A stretch of 64,000 nt of DNA from an uncultured Alphaproteobacteria bacterium (GTDB lineage: Bacteria > Pseudomonadota > Alphaproteobacteria > Rs-D84): positions 585 through 64,584 of the forward strand of contig CAUTNA010000004.1 of assembly GCA_963540515.1 (NCBI GenBank). Reading direction: 5' to 3'. The notes below the pieces were generated by a model. It was not told the origin of the DNA, ran no database searches, and saw only the letters and a list, made by a program, of their open reading frames with translations. Within the stretch, counting starts at the first letter, position 1. Each line of letters opens with the position of its first letter. Shown one piece after another: positions 1 through 8,796 of this stretch. A program made the translations under genes and the position numbers.

Positions 1-6
1 AAATGT

Positions 7-447
7 ATGCAATGGTCGGGAATAGAATGTAAACTCTGGAATACAGAACAATCTCTAACCAATTTATTCAGCAATGTATCAAATAGTGGAGATGAACTAT
101 ATGCTTATTATAAAGTTTCTGGGGCAAAATTAAATGATTTAACTAAATTAGTTTCATCTGCTAAAAAAGAAACCAATACTGTTGATCCTGGGACTGGTTC
201 TTTATTAGCTAAAGTTGAAATATCTGCTTCTTACAGTGGCAATGGAAGATGTGAAATAAAAACAATAACTACAGAATGTAAAAAGAAATCAAGCAAGTAT
301 AAAAAAGAAAATGTTAAAAATACTGAAGTTAACGTATTATGGGGGCTTGTATCATACGAAAAACCTAATATAGAGGATGTATATCAAGGTGAATCTTGTG
401 ATGAATTCGATGATCCTAGAACAAGATATCAAAATTTTCAGATTTAA
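7..447 (+). CDS. Hypothetical protein, probably the C-terminal part of a larger ORF that begins upstream of the window
   Basis: Open frame reaches the window edge and the first Met may not be the true start. No recognisable motifs. Followed by a hairpin plus T-run terminator. Confidence 0.3.
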   Translation: MQWSGIECKLWNTEQSLTNLFSNVSNSGDELYAYYKVSGAKLNDLTKLVSSAKKETNTVDPGTGSLLAKVEISASYSGNGRCEIKTITTECKKKSSKYKKENVKNTEVNVLWGLVSYEKPNIEDVYQGESCDEFDDPRTRYQNFQI

Positions 448-453
448 AATAAT

Positions 454-485
454 AAAGCACCTTTCGGTGCTTTATTATTATTGAT
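454..485 (+). terminator. Rho-independent terminator: 8-bp stem AAAGCACC/GGTGCTTT with a TTTC loop, then a T-rich run
   Basis: Seen directly in the sequence, immediately after the stop of ORF 7..447. Confidence 0.55.
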
Positions 486-543
486 AGTTTTATAAAAAAA
501 ATAATGAAAATTAATTGAAATAAAATATATAAATTCACAAAGG

Positions 544-619
544 TGGCGTACCCGGTAGGACTCGAACCTACAATCTACACTTTAGAAGAGTGTTGCTATA
601 TCCATTAAGCCACGGGTAC
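544..619 (-). tRNA. tRNA-Arg (anticodon UCU)
   Basis: The reverse complement folds as a cloverleaf: acceptor GTACCCG/CGGGTAC, anticodon stem ACACT/AGTGT, loop CTTCTAA (anticodon TCT), T-loop GGTTCGAGTCC, encoded CCA end. Confidence 0.8.
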
Positions 620-787
620 AAGTTAAATTAATACTACTTCTAAATCTATCAAAAATCAATTTAAAATTATAAATTAATACTATGACATCTAAATAATTAT
701 TCTATTTCTTTTCATTATTATAACATCATTTTCTTTGACTAATTTTATTAGCTATTTTTTAATATTTTTAAATAAAAAAGGAAATTT

Positions 788-1384
788 ATGATATATGGAT
801 ATATAAGAGTATCAAGTGATAAACAAACATTGGAAAACCAAAAATTTGAAATAGAGAAGTTTGTAAAAATAAATAATTTAAAAATAGATAAGTGGGTAAA
901 AGAAATAATATCAAGTCGAATAGATCTAAAAAAAAGAAAGCTTGGTAAACTTTTAAATATTGTAAAAACTGGAGATATAATAATTGCTTCAGAACTTTCA
1001 AGATTTGGTAGAAACCTTTTACAAATTATGAGTATATTAAATAAACTTTTAAGCAGAGAAGTCCAAGTTTGGACAATTAAAGATAATTATAGGCTTGGCG
1101 AAGATATATCAAGTAAAGTACTTGCTTTTGCATTTGGGCTTTCTGCAGAAATTGAGAGAAAATTAATATCAGATAGAACAAAAGAAGCGCTTGCCAGAAT
1201 AAAAGCAGAAGGAAAACAAGTAGGAAGACCAAAAGGAAGTAAAAATTTTAAACTAAAATTAACTGGCAAAGAAGAAATTATAAAAACTCTTATATATAGA
1301 GGATTTTCTAAAAGTAAAATTGCCAGAAAACTACATGTTCATAGAATTACATTAAACACTTTTATAGAAAATAGTTTAAGATAA
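788..1384 (+). CDS. Small serine recombinase (resolvase/invertase family)
   Basis: N-terminal YIRVSSDKQ catalytic serine motif, a GD..IASELSRFGR box, a GRPKG hinge and a C-terminal HTH; 198 aa. Confidence 0.8.
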   Translation: MIYGYIRVSSDKQTLENQKFEIEKFVKINNLKIDKWVKEIISSRIDLKKRKLGKLLNIVKTGDIIIASELSRFGRNLLQIMSILNKLLSREVQVWTIKDNYRLGEDISSKVLAFAFGLSAEIERKLISDRTKEALARIKAEGKQVGRPKGSKNFKLKLTGKEEIIKTLIYRGFSKSKIARKLHVHRITLNTFIENSLR

Positions 1385-1441
1385 TTTGAATGATATTTTA
1401 TTATATGATAGAATTTTTTAGCTGAACAAAAAAGGTTTTAT

Positions 1442-3274
1442 ATGTGTGGAATTGTTGGATATGTTGGTAAAAACAATGCTGTATCATATCTTTTAAATGG
1501 ACTTAAAAAACTTGAATATCGTGGATATGATTCAAGTGGAATATTGATAAATAAATTTGATAATAATCTATCTTCTTTTCAGCTTTATAAAAAATCTGGA
1601 AAAATTCAAAATTTGATTTCTATACTTCCTGAAAACCTTTATGGAAACTCAGGAATTGGACATACTCGTTGGGCAACACATGGAACTGTTACAGATTATA
1701 ACGCTCATCCTTTTATAGATATGACAGGAAATATTGCAGTTGTTCATAATGGAATTATTGAAAATTCTGAAATAATAAAAAAAGAACTTATAAAAAATGG
1801 TATAAAATTTCAAAGTGAAACAGACTCTGAAGTTATACCAAATTTAATAGAAAAGTATTATAACGGTGATTTAGCAGAAGCTGTACAAAAAGCTCTAAAA
1901 AAAGTTATTGGAACTTATGCGCTTGCAATTATGCATAAAAATGAGCCTAATAAAATTGTTGTTGCAAAGTTAGGTGGACCTCTTGCTATTGGTATATCAG
2001 ATGAAAATTATTATATCGCAAGTGATGTAAATGCAATTGTTGGTAATACATCAAGAGTTATTTATTTAAATGATGGAGATATAGTAGAACTTTCAAGTAA
2101 TGGAATAAATTTTTTAAATATAAAAGATAATAATTATGAAGACAGAATAGAAGATATTAAAATCAAACTCGAAGATACTGAAAAATCTGGCTTTTCAACA
2201 TATATGGAAAAAGAAATTTTTGAACAAATCTCTTCTATTAAAGATGCTATTGCTGGCAGAATTGATTTTGAAAACTCCACAGCTAAATTAAGTGGTTTTG
2301 AAGATGATATATTTAAAAGGACTGAAAAAATTTGTATGATGTCTGCAGGTACTAGCCTGTATGCAAGTCTTTTTGGAAGTCTTTTATTTGAACAAATATC
2401 AAGAATATTTTCATATGTTGAATATTCCTCAGAACTTCGTTATAAAAATCCAATTGTAAAAAAAGATGATGTTTATATTGCTGTATCTCAATCAGGAGAA
2501 ACGGCTGATACAATTTATGCAATGAAAGAAATAAAAGAAAAAGGTGGCAAAGTATTTAGTATTTGTAATGTTGTTGCTTCAACTATTGCCAGGGAATCAG
2601 AAGGTGGTGCATATATTCATGCGGGACCAGAAATTGCAGTGGCGGCAACTAAATCTTTTTCTAATACTGTAATGATATTTTATTTAATTGCTTTAAAACT
2701 TGCTCGTCAGAGAGGTATGAGTAAAGAAGAAGGTGAAAAATTTATAGAACAAATTTTAAAACAACCTGAAGTAATAGAGCAAGTTTTATTAAAAAAAGAT
2801 CAAATAAACACAATTGCAAAAAAATACTCTAATTATAAAGACTTTTTATTTTTAGGCAGAGGTTTTATGTATCCAATTGCAATGGAAGGTGCTTTAAAAT
2901 TAAAAGAAATTTCTTATATTCATGCCGAAAGTTTTGCAGCAGGAGAAATTAAACACGGTTCAATTTCACTTATTAATGAAAATATGCCAAGTATGTTTTT
3001 AGTACCAAATGATCACTTGCGTGAAAAAGTAATTTCAAATATAAAAGAAATAAAAGCAAGAAAAGGAAAAGTTATAGCGGTTGGTATTGAAGGAGATACA
3101 GAATTAGAAAATATAGTTGATGATTTTATATCAGTTCCTAAACTTGATAATCCAATATTTTATGCTTTACCAATAACCGTTATACTACAACTTTTTGCTT
3201 TATATGTATCACAAAATTTAGATAGAGATATTGATCAACCAAGAAATCTTGCCAAAAGTGTTACAGTTGAATAA
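1442..3274 (+). CDS. glmS: Glutamine--fructose-6-phosphate aminotransferase
   Basis: N-terminal MCGIVGY (Cys2 of the Ntn amidotransferase fold), two SIS domains; 610 aa. Confidence 0.9.
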   Translation: MCGIVGYVGKNNAVSYLLNGLKKLEYRGYDSSGILINKFDNNLSSFQLYKKSGKIQNLISILPENLYGNSGIGHTRWATHGTVTDYNAHPFIDMTGNIAVVHNGIIENSEIIKKELIKNGIKFQSETDSEVIPNLIEKYYNGDLAEAVQKALKKVIGTYALAIMHKNEPNKIVVAKLGGPLAIGISDENYYIASDVNAIVGNTSRVIYLNDGDIVELSSNGINFLNIKDNNYEDRIEDIKIKLEDTEKSGFSTYMEKEIFEQISSIKDAIAGRIDFENSTAKLSGFEDDIFKRTEKICMMSAGTSLYASLFGSLLFEQISRIFSYVEYSSELRYKNPIVKKDDVYIAVSQSGETADTIYAMKEIKEKGGKVFSICNVVASTIARESEGGAYIHAGPEIAVAATKSFSNTVMIFYLIALKLARQRGMSKEEGEKFIEQILKQPEVIEQVLLKKDQINTIAKKYSNYKDFLFLGRGFMYPIAMEGALKLKEISYIHAESFAAGEIKHGSISLINENMPSMFLVPNDHLREKVISNIKEIKARKGKVIAVGIEGDTELENIVDDFISVPKLDNPIFYALPITVILQLFALYVSQNLDRDIDQPRNLAKSVTVE

Positions 3275-3330
3275 TAAATATATATAAGTTTAAACAAATC
3301 TTTATTTTAAATTATTTTTTCATCTTTATT

Positions 3331-3380
3331 CTTTCGACTAATTTAAAGTATAATTTTAAATTAGTCGAAAGTTATTTAGT
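3331..3380 (+). terminator. Hairpin terminator with a 17-bp perfect inverted repeat (CTTTCGACTAATTTAAA / TTTAAATTAGTCGAAAG) between convergent glmS and plsX
   Basis: Perfect inverted repeat seen in the sequence, followed by a T-rich tract on the + strand. Confidence 0.6.
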
Positions 3381-3412
3381 TAATTAAAAAATATTAGAGA
3401 ACTAATAAATAT

Positions 3413-4477
3413 TTAGATATTTTCTGATTTCTTTAATTGTAATTTTAAGCCTGCTACTTTCTTAACATTTTTAGCAATCTGTTTATTAAATTCTATTTCT
3501 GTTAAATCTACTGCATACTTTATTGCATTAGAAAAAGAAAGAGCATCACTGTTTCCATGAGTTTTAATAGCAAAACCATTTAATCCTAAAAAAATAGCCC
3601 CTGCATAAGAACGAGGATCAACTTTATGTTTTAACCTCTTAAATAAATGAACTAAAAAGAAAGCTCCTATAATTGCAAGAATTGATTTTTTTACATTTTC
3701 TATTATTACCCTTTTAATCAATTTTGCAGTACCTTCAACCGTTTTTAAAACTATATTTCCAGTAAAACCATCTGTTACAACAACCTGAACATTACCAGCA
3801 CTAATATCATTACCTTCTACAAAACCAATATATTCATAAGGTAATTTTTTCTTATTTAAATTTAAAAAGTTATTTAAATTTATAAGTGTTTCATTTCCTT
3901 TTGTTTCTTCTTCACCAATATTGAGTATTCCAAGTTTTGGCTTTTTCATCTTACCAATAGTTTCAGCATAACTACTACCTAAAATAGAGAAATCAAAAAG
4001 ATTTTCTTCATCACATTGAACATTTGCACCCAAATCTAAAATAGCAACTCGTCCGTCTCCTCCACCTGATGGCAACATAGTTGTAATAGCAGGTCTTGAA
4101 ATTCCCTCTAAAGTTTTTAATAAGAGTTTGGAAAGTGCCATCAAAACACCTGTATTCCCTGCACTTACAACAGCAGATGAATTACCATTTTTTACATCTT
4201 CAATTGCTTTAAACATTGAAGTATTTTGAGCTCGTCTTACAACATCTCGAACTCTGGCATTTGATTCAATTTTTTCATTACAATGTATAACCTCAGAATT
4301 TCTAGCAACTCTTGGATATTTCACCAAGAGTTTCTTTAAAACTTTTTCATTTCCAAAAATTCTGAAAAATATACCTTCTTCACCATTTTGAAATAGATAT
4401 TGATTGATACCGCCAAAAACACTAAGCGGTGCTTTATCTCCACCCATTGCATCAATAGAAATGACTTTTTTTGTCAT
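3413..4477 (-). CDS. plsX: Phosphate acyltransferase PlsX
   Basis: 354 aa and PlsX-family similarity throughout; immediately downstream of rpmF as in the conserved rpmF-plsX operon. Confidence 0.85.
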   Translation of the reverse strand: MTKKVISIDAMGGDKAPLSVFGGINQYLFQNGEEGIFFRIFGNEKVLKKLLVKYPRVARNSEVIHCNEKIESNARVRDVVRRAQNTSMFKAIEDVKNGNSSAVVSAGNTGVLMALSKLLLKTLEGISRPAITTMLPSGGGDGRVAILDLGANVQCDEENLFDFSILGSSYAETIGKMKKPKLGILNIGEEETKGNETLINLNNFLNLNKKKLPYEYIGFVEGNDISAGNVQVVVTDGFTGNIVLKTVEGTAKLIKRVIIENVKKSILAIIGAFFLVHLFKRLKHKVDPRSYAGAIFLGLNGFAIKTHGNSDALSFSNAIKYAVDLTEIEFNKQIAKNVKKVAGLKLQLKKSENI

Positions 4478-4497
4478 ATCTAAAACTTAATTTAATC

Positions 4498-4647
4498 CTA
4501 TTTAGTTCCACAAGCAGGACAAATATGATGTGGACGCTTTTTTTCACCACACTTTTTACATACGCCAGATGGCATAATACTTAAAGCATCATGAGATCTA
4601 CGTTGCTTTGTACAAGATTTGCTTGTTTTACTTCTTGGTACTGCCAT
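4498..4647 (-). CDS. rpmF: 50S ribosomal protein L32 (49 aa; below the ORF-track length cutoff)
   Basis: Manual translation of the minus strand gives MAVPRSKTSKSCTKQRRSHDALSIMPSGVCKKCGEKKRPHHICPACGTK. It has a conserved L32 N-terminus and a CxxC...CxxC zinc ribbon and lies upstream of plsX. Confidence 0.8.
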   Translation of the reverse strand: MAVPRSKTSKSCTKQRRSHDALSIMPSGVCKKCGEKKRPHHICPACGTK

Positions 4648-4663
4648 TTTATAATCCTTTTTT

Positions 4664-7600
4664 TTATATACTCAATAAATTTTGTTTATTATCTTTTTCG
4701 AGTTTCTCTTCCTCTTCCTTCTTCGCTATATCTCTAATATGGCGAACATATGCACCTGTTCCAACAGGTATAAGTCTACCAACAATTAAGTTTTCATTTA
4801 TACCAGATAATGTATCTGTTTCACCTTTTATAGAAGCATCAACCAAAACTTTTGTTGTTTGTTGGAAGGAAGCATTTGAAATAAATGAACGACTTGTTAA
4901 ACTTGCTTTTGTTAATCCAACAAGAATTTGTGAAGATTTTGCAGGTGTTCCACCTTCACTTAAAATTTGTTCATTTTCTTTTTCAAAGTCAATTCTATCA
5001 ACTGTTTGTCCTGTTAAGAAATCAGTATCACCCGGATCTGTTATATCAACACGTCTTGTCATTTCTCTTACCAGAACCTCAATATGTTTATCATTTATGC
5101 TAACACCTTGAGAACGATATACTTTCTGAACTTCATTAACCATAAATCTTGCAAGTTCTTTTTGACCTAAGATTCTAAGTATATCATGAGGGTTCAGATC
5201 ACCATCAACCAATTTATCAGCTTTCTTTACAATATCTCCATCTCTTACTAATAAATTAGTTCCTTTTGGTACGGAATATTCATAAGTCTCACCTTCTGAT
5301 TCTGGAATTATTTTTATGATAGTTTTAGTTTTTCCATCTTCCAATTCTACTGTACCATCTATATCGGAAATAAGGGCTGGGTTTGCAGGAGTACGTACTT
5401 CTAGTAAGTTATTAACTTGTGGAAGTCCACCTGTAATATCCCCAGTTCTTTTTATCTGAACAGGGGTTCTTGCCAACATATCTCCAGCGTGGATAAAATC
5501 ACCATCAGAAACATTTAATATGGAATTAACAGGTAATGTATAACTTGCAATTCTTTTATCATCAACATGTATAACATTTCCACTTTCATCAACAAGTGAA
5601 ATAGATGGTTTTAATGTCTTCTTAGTTGAATTTCTCCAATTTGCAACCTTTCTTGATACTATACCAGTAAGAGCATTAACCTCTTCTACAAAAGATACAT
5701 TTTCAATCATATCAATGAATGAAACTTTACCATCTTTTTCTGCAATTATAGATATTGAGTAAGGATCTGTTTCTGCAATTTGTGCATCTTTTTCTATTAT
5801 ATCTCCATCTTTTACCATCAAAATAGAAGAATAAGGTAAATTAGTAGAGAATAATTCTTTACCATTATCATCAACAACTTCTACACTAGAATTTCTCGAT
5901 AAAACTATTGTTTTACCAGAAGAATTTTTAATCAAATCAACATCTTTTAATCTAATTTTTCCTTTAACTGGAGTTTCAATAAAATGAGTTTCTGAAGATC
6001 CAGATGCAACTCCACCAGTATGGAAAGTACGAAGTGTTAACTGAGTTCCAGGTTCACCAACAGATTGTCCTGATACAACACCAACAGCTTCACCAACATG
6101 TACAAGTTTACTTCTTGATAAATCCATACCATAACATTTTGCACAAAGTCCATCAGACTTACATGTTAAAACACTTCTTACATCAATAGAAGGTAGACCA
6201 ATTGAATTTATTTTCTTAGCAATATCTTTTGTTACAAGTTCACCTTTCTTTACGATTAGTTCATTTGTATTTGGATCAATAACATCTTGTGCAACAGTTC
6301 TACCAAGTACAGCATCTCCTAAATTAATAACTAATTCTTTACCATTATAAATAGGTTTCACTGTTATAAACTCATCAGTTCCACAATCTTCTTCTGTAAT
6401 AACAGCATTTTGTGCAAGATCTACAAGTCTTCTTGTTAAATAACCAGCGTCAGCAGTTTTTAAAGCAGTATCTGATAAACCTTTTCGGGCACCATGGGTT
6501 GATATAAAATATTCAGCCATAGTTAAACCTTCTTTAAAGTTTGATATAATTGGAAGTTCTATAAGAGAACCATCAGGTTTATACATAACTCCACGCATAG
6601 CAATCAACTGTTTAACCTGATCCTTAGAACCACGAGCACCACTTCTTGCCATCATAGAAATAGAATTTCTTTTATCATCTATAACTTTATTGATATTTTC
6701 GTAAGCTATCTCTCCTAAATCAACAGCAGTCTTCTGCCAAAGTGATGTAATTTTATCACTTCTTTCTTGATCAGTTATAAATCCGTTTTGATATTGTTTT
6801 TCTATATCTAAAACTATGGATCTTGATTCTTTTATTATTTGTTCTTTTTCTTTAGGAATGAGAATATCATCAAAACCAAAAGATATTCCAGATCTAGCCG
6901 CTTCCTCAAATCCCATATCTTTAAGACCATCAGCTAAAACTATCATAGCTTTATCACCAGCTCTTTCATAGGTTTCAGAAAGTAATGTATCAAAATCTTT
7001 CTTTACTAATTCTTTATTTACAAAATCAAATGGAACACTTCCATCCTCTGGTAATAATTTACCTAATTTAACGCGACCTGCTGTTGTATTCCATAATTTT
7101 CCATTCATTCTCACAACAATAGGAGTTTGCAATTTAATAACTTTCTTATCGAGAGCCATCAAAACTTCATCAACATTTGCAAACTTTGGAGATTTATCTG
7201 TATGTTCACCATCTATAAGAGACATATAATGAACACCTAATATCATATCTTGTGATGGAACAATCATAGGTGAACCATTAGCAGGAGATAAAATATTATT
7301 TGAAGACAACATAAGAGTTCTTGCTTCTAATTGAGCTTCTAAAGAAATTGGAACATGAACAGCCATCTGATCCCCGTCAAAGTCAGCATTAAATCCTTTA
7401 CATACAAGTGGATGTAAACGAATTGCCTTACCTTCAATAAGTACAGGTTCAAAAGCCAAAATAGATAAGCGGTGTAAAGTAGGAGCACGATTTAACAAAA
7501 CAGGATGTTGATATATAACTTTTTCTAATATATCAAAAACTATATCTTCCTGATTTTCTAACATCTTTCTTGCTGTTTTCAATGTATTTGCATAGCCACC

Positions 7601-8764
7601 TTCCATAAGACGACTATAAACAAATGGTTTAAATAACTCCAATGCCATCATTTTAGGAAGTCCAACTTGGTGAAGCTTAAGAGTTGGACCAGCAACAATT
7701 ACAGTTCTTCCTGAATAATCAACTCTTTTACCAAGCATATTCATACGGAAACGTCCTTTTTTACCACGAAGAGAATCAGATAATGATTTTAGTGGTCTGC
7801 GGTTTTGTGAAACCATTGGACGAGCCTTATGACTATTATCAAATAAAGAATCTACTGCTTCTTGCAACATTCTTTTTTCATTTCTGATAATAATTTCTGG
7901 AGCATGCATTTCCATAAACTTTTTCAAACGATTATTTCTGATAATAACTCTTCTGTATAAATCATTTAAATCAGATGTCGCAACACCACCAGAATCTAAT
8001 GGAACAAGTGGACGAATATCTGGTGGAATTACAGGTAAAACATCAGGTAACATCCAAGCAGGATTTGTTTTTGATTTTAAGAACGATTCAACAAGCTTCA
8101 GCTGTTTAACTAAACCTTTTCTTTTTGCTTCTGACTTTGTTTCACTAAGTTCATTTTTAAGTCTGATTTTCTCATCTGCCATATCTAATTCAGAAATTAT
8201 AGTTCTGATACCTTCAGCACCTATTCCAACACGAAAACTATCAGCACCAAATTCATCAACGGCAGCTTGATATTCATCCTCATTTATAACATCATAAAGT
8301 TTTAGATTTGTAAGTCCTGGTTCTATAACGATATAAGCATCATAGTAAACAACAAGTTCTAATTTCTTTTGAGGTAAGTTATTTAAAAGAGTTGAAATTT
8401 TACCCTCTTTTAAAAACCAAATATGAGAAACAGGAATTGCAAGTTTAATATGTCCCATACGTTTACGACGAACTGAAGAAGAGCCAACTTCTACTCCACA
8501 TCTTTCACATATAACACCACGAAATTTAATACGTTTATATTTTCCACAATCACATTCGTAATCTTTTACTGGTCCAAAAATCTGTTGACAAAACAATCCT
8601 TCAGGTTTTGGTTTCATAGATTTATAATCTAAGGTATCAGGCTTTTTTACTTCACCATGCGACCAAGAAAGAATTTCTTCTGGGGATGCAATTGTAATAC
8701 GAAGTGAATCAAACTGATCTTTAGATTCAATTTGTCCAAATATTTTCTGTAACATATTTGCCAT
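4664..8764 (-). CDS. rpoC: DNA-directed RNA polymerase subunit beta-prime
   Basis: 1366 aa; zinc-binding CDCGKYKRIKFRGVICERCGVEV, the NADFDGDQMAVH catalytic motif, and no large gamma-type insertion. Confidence 0.95.
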   Translation of the reverse strand: MANMLQKIFGQIESKDQFDSLRITIASPEEILSWSHGEVKKPDTLDYKSMKPKPEGLFCQQIFGPVKDYECDCGKYKRIKFRGVICERCGVEVGSSSVRRKRMGHIKLAIPVSHIWFLKEGKISTLLNNLPQKKLELVVYYDAYIVIEPGLTNLKLYDVINEDEYQAAVDEFGADSFRVGIGAEGIRTIISELDMADEKIRLKNELSETKSEAKRKGLVKQLKLVESFLKSKTNPAWMLPDVLPVIPPDIRPLVPLDSGGVATSDLNDLYRRVIIRNNRLKKFMEMHAPEIIIRNEKRMLQEAVDSLFDNSHKARPMVSQNRRPLKSLSDSLRGKKGRFRMNMLGKRVDYSGRTVIVAGPTLKLHQVGLPKMMALELFKPFVYSRLMEGGYANTLKTARKMLENQEDIVFDILEKVIYQHPVLLNRAPTLHRLSILAFEPVLIEGKAIRLHPLVCKGFNADFDGDQMAVHVPISLEAQLEARTLMLSSNNILSPANGSPMIVPSQDMILGVHYMSLIDGEHTDKSPKFANVDEVLMALDKKVIKLQTPIVVRMNGKLWNTTAGRVKLGKLLPEDGSVPFDFVNKELVKKDFDTLLSETYERAGDKAMIVLADGLKDMGFEEAARSGISFGFDDILIPKEKEQIIKESRSIVLDIEKQYQNGFITDQERSDKITSLWQKTAVDLGEIAYENINKVIDDKRNSISMMARSGARGSKDQVKQLIAMRGVMYKPDGSLIELPIISNFKEGLTMAEYFISTHGARKGLSDTALKTADAGYLTRRLVDLAQNAVITEEDCGTDEFITVKPIYNGKELVINLGDAVLGRTVAQDVIDPNTNELIVKKGELVTKDIAKKINSIGLPSIDVRSVLTCKSDGLCAKCYGMDLSRSKLVHVGEAVGVVSGQSVGEPGTQLTLRTFHTGGVASGSSETHFIETPVKGKIRLKDVDLIKNSSGKTIVLSRNSSVEVVDDNGKELFSTNLPYSSILMVKDGDIIEKDAQIAETDPYSISIIAEKDGKVSFIDMIENVSFVEEVNALTGIVSRKVANWRNSTKKTLKPSISLVDESGNVIHVDDKRIASYTLPVNSILNVSDGDFIHAGDMLARTPVQIKRTGDITGGLPQVNNLLEVRTPANPALISDIDGTVELEDGKTKTIIKIIPESEGETYEYSVPKGTNLLVRDGDIVKKADKLVDGDLNPHDILRILGQKELARFMVNEVQKVYRSQGVSINDKHIEVLVREMTRRVDITDPGDTDFLTGQTVDRIDFEKENEQILSEGGTPAKSSQILVGLTKASLTSRSFISNASFQQTTKVLVDASIKGETDTLSGINENLIVGRLIPVGTGAYVRHIRDIAKKEEEEKLEKDNKQNLLSI

Positions 8765-8796
8765 TTATCTTCTCCTTGTGGTTCTTAAAACCAAAC

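Noticed and set aside
1385-1441. Looked for a glmS ribozyme upstream of glmS.
   Set aside because: Only 57 nt of AT-rich spacer with no conserved core; the glmS ribozyme is a Gram-positive feature.
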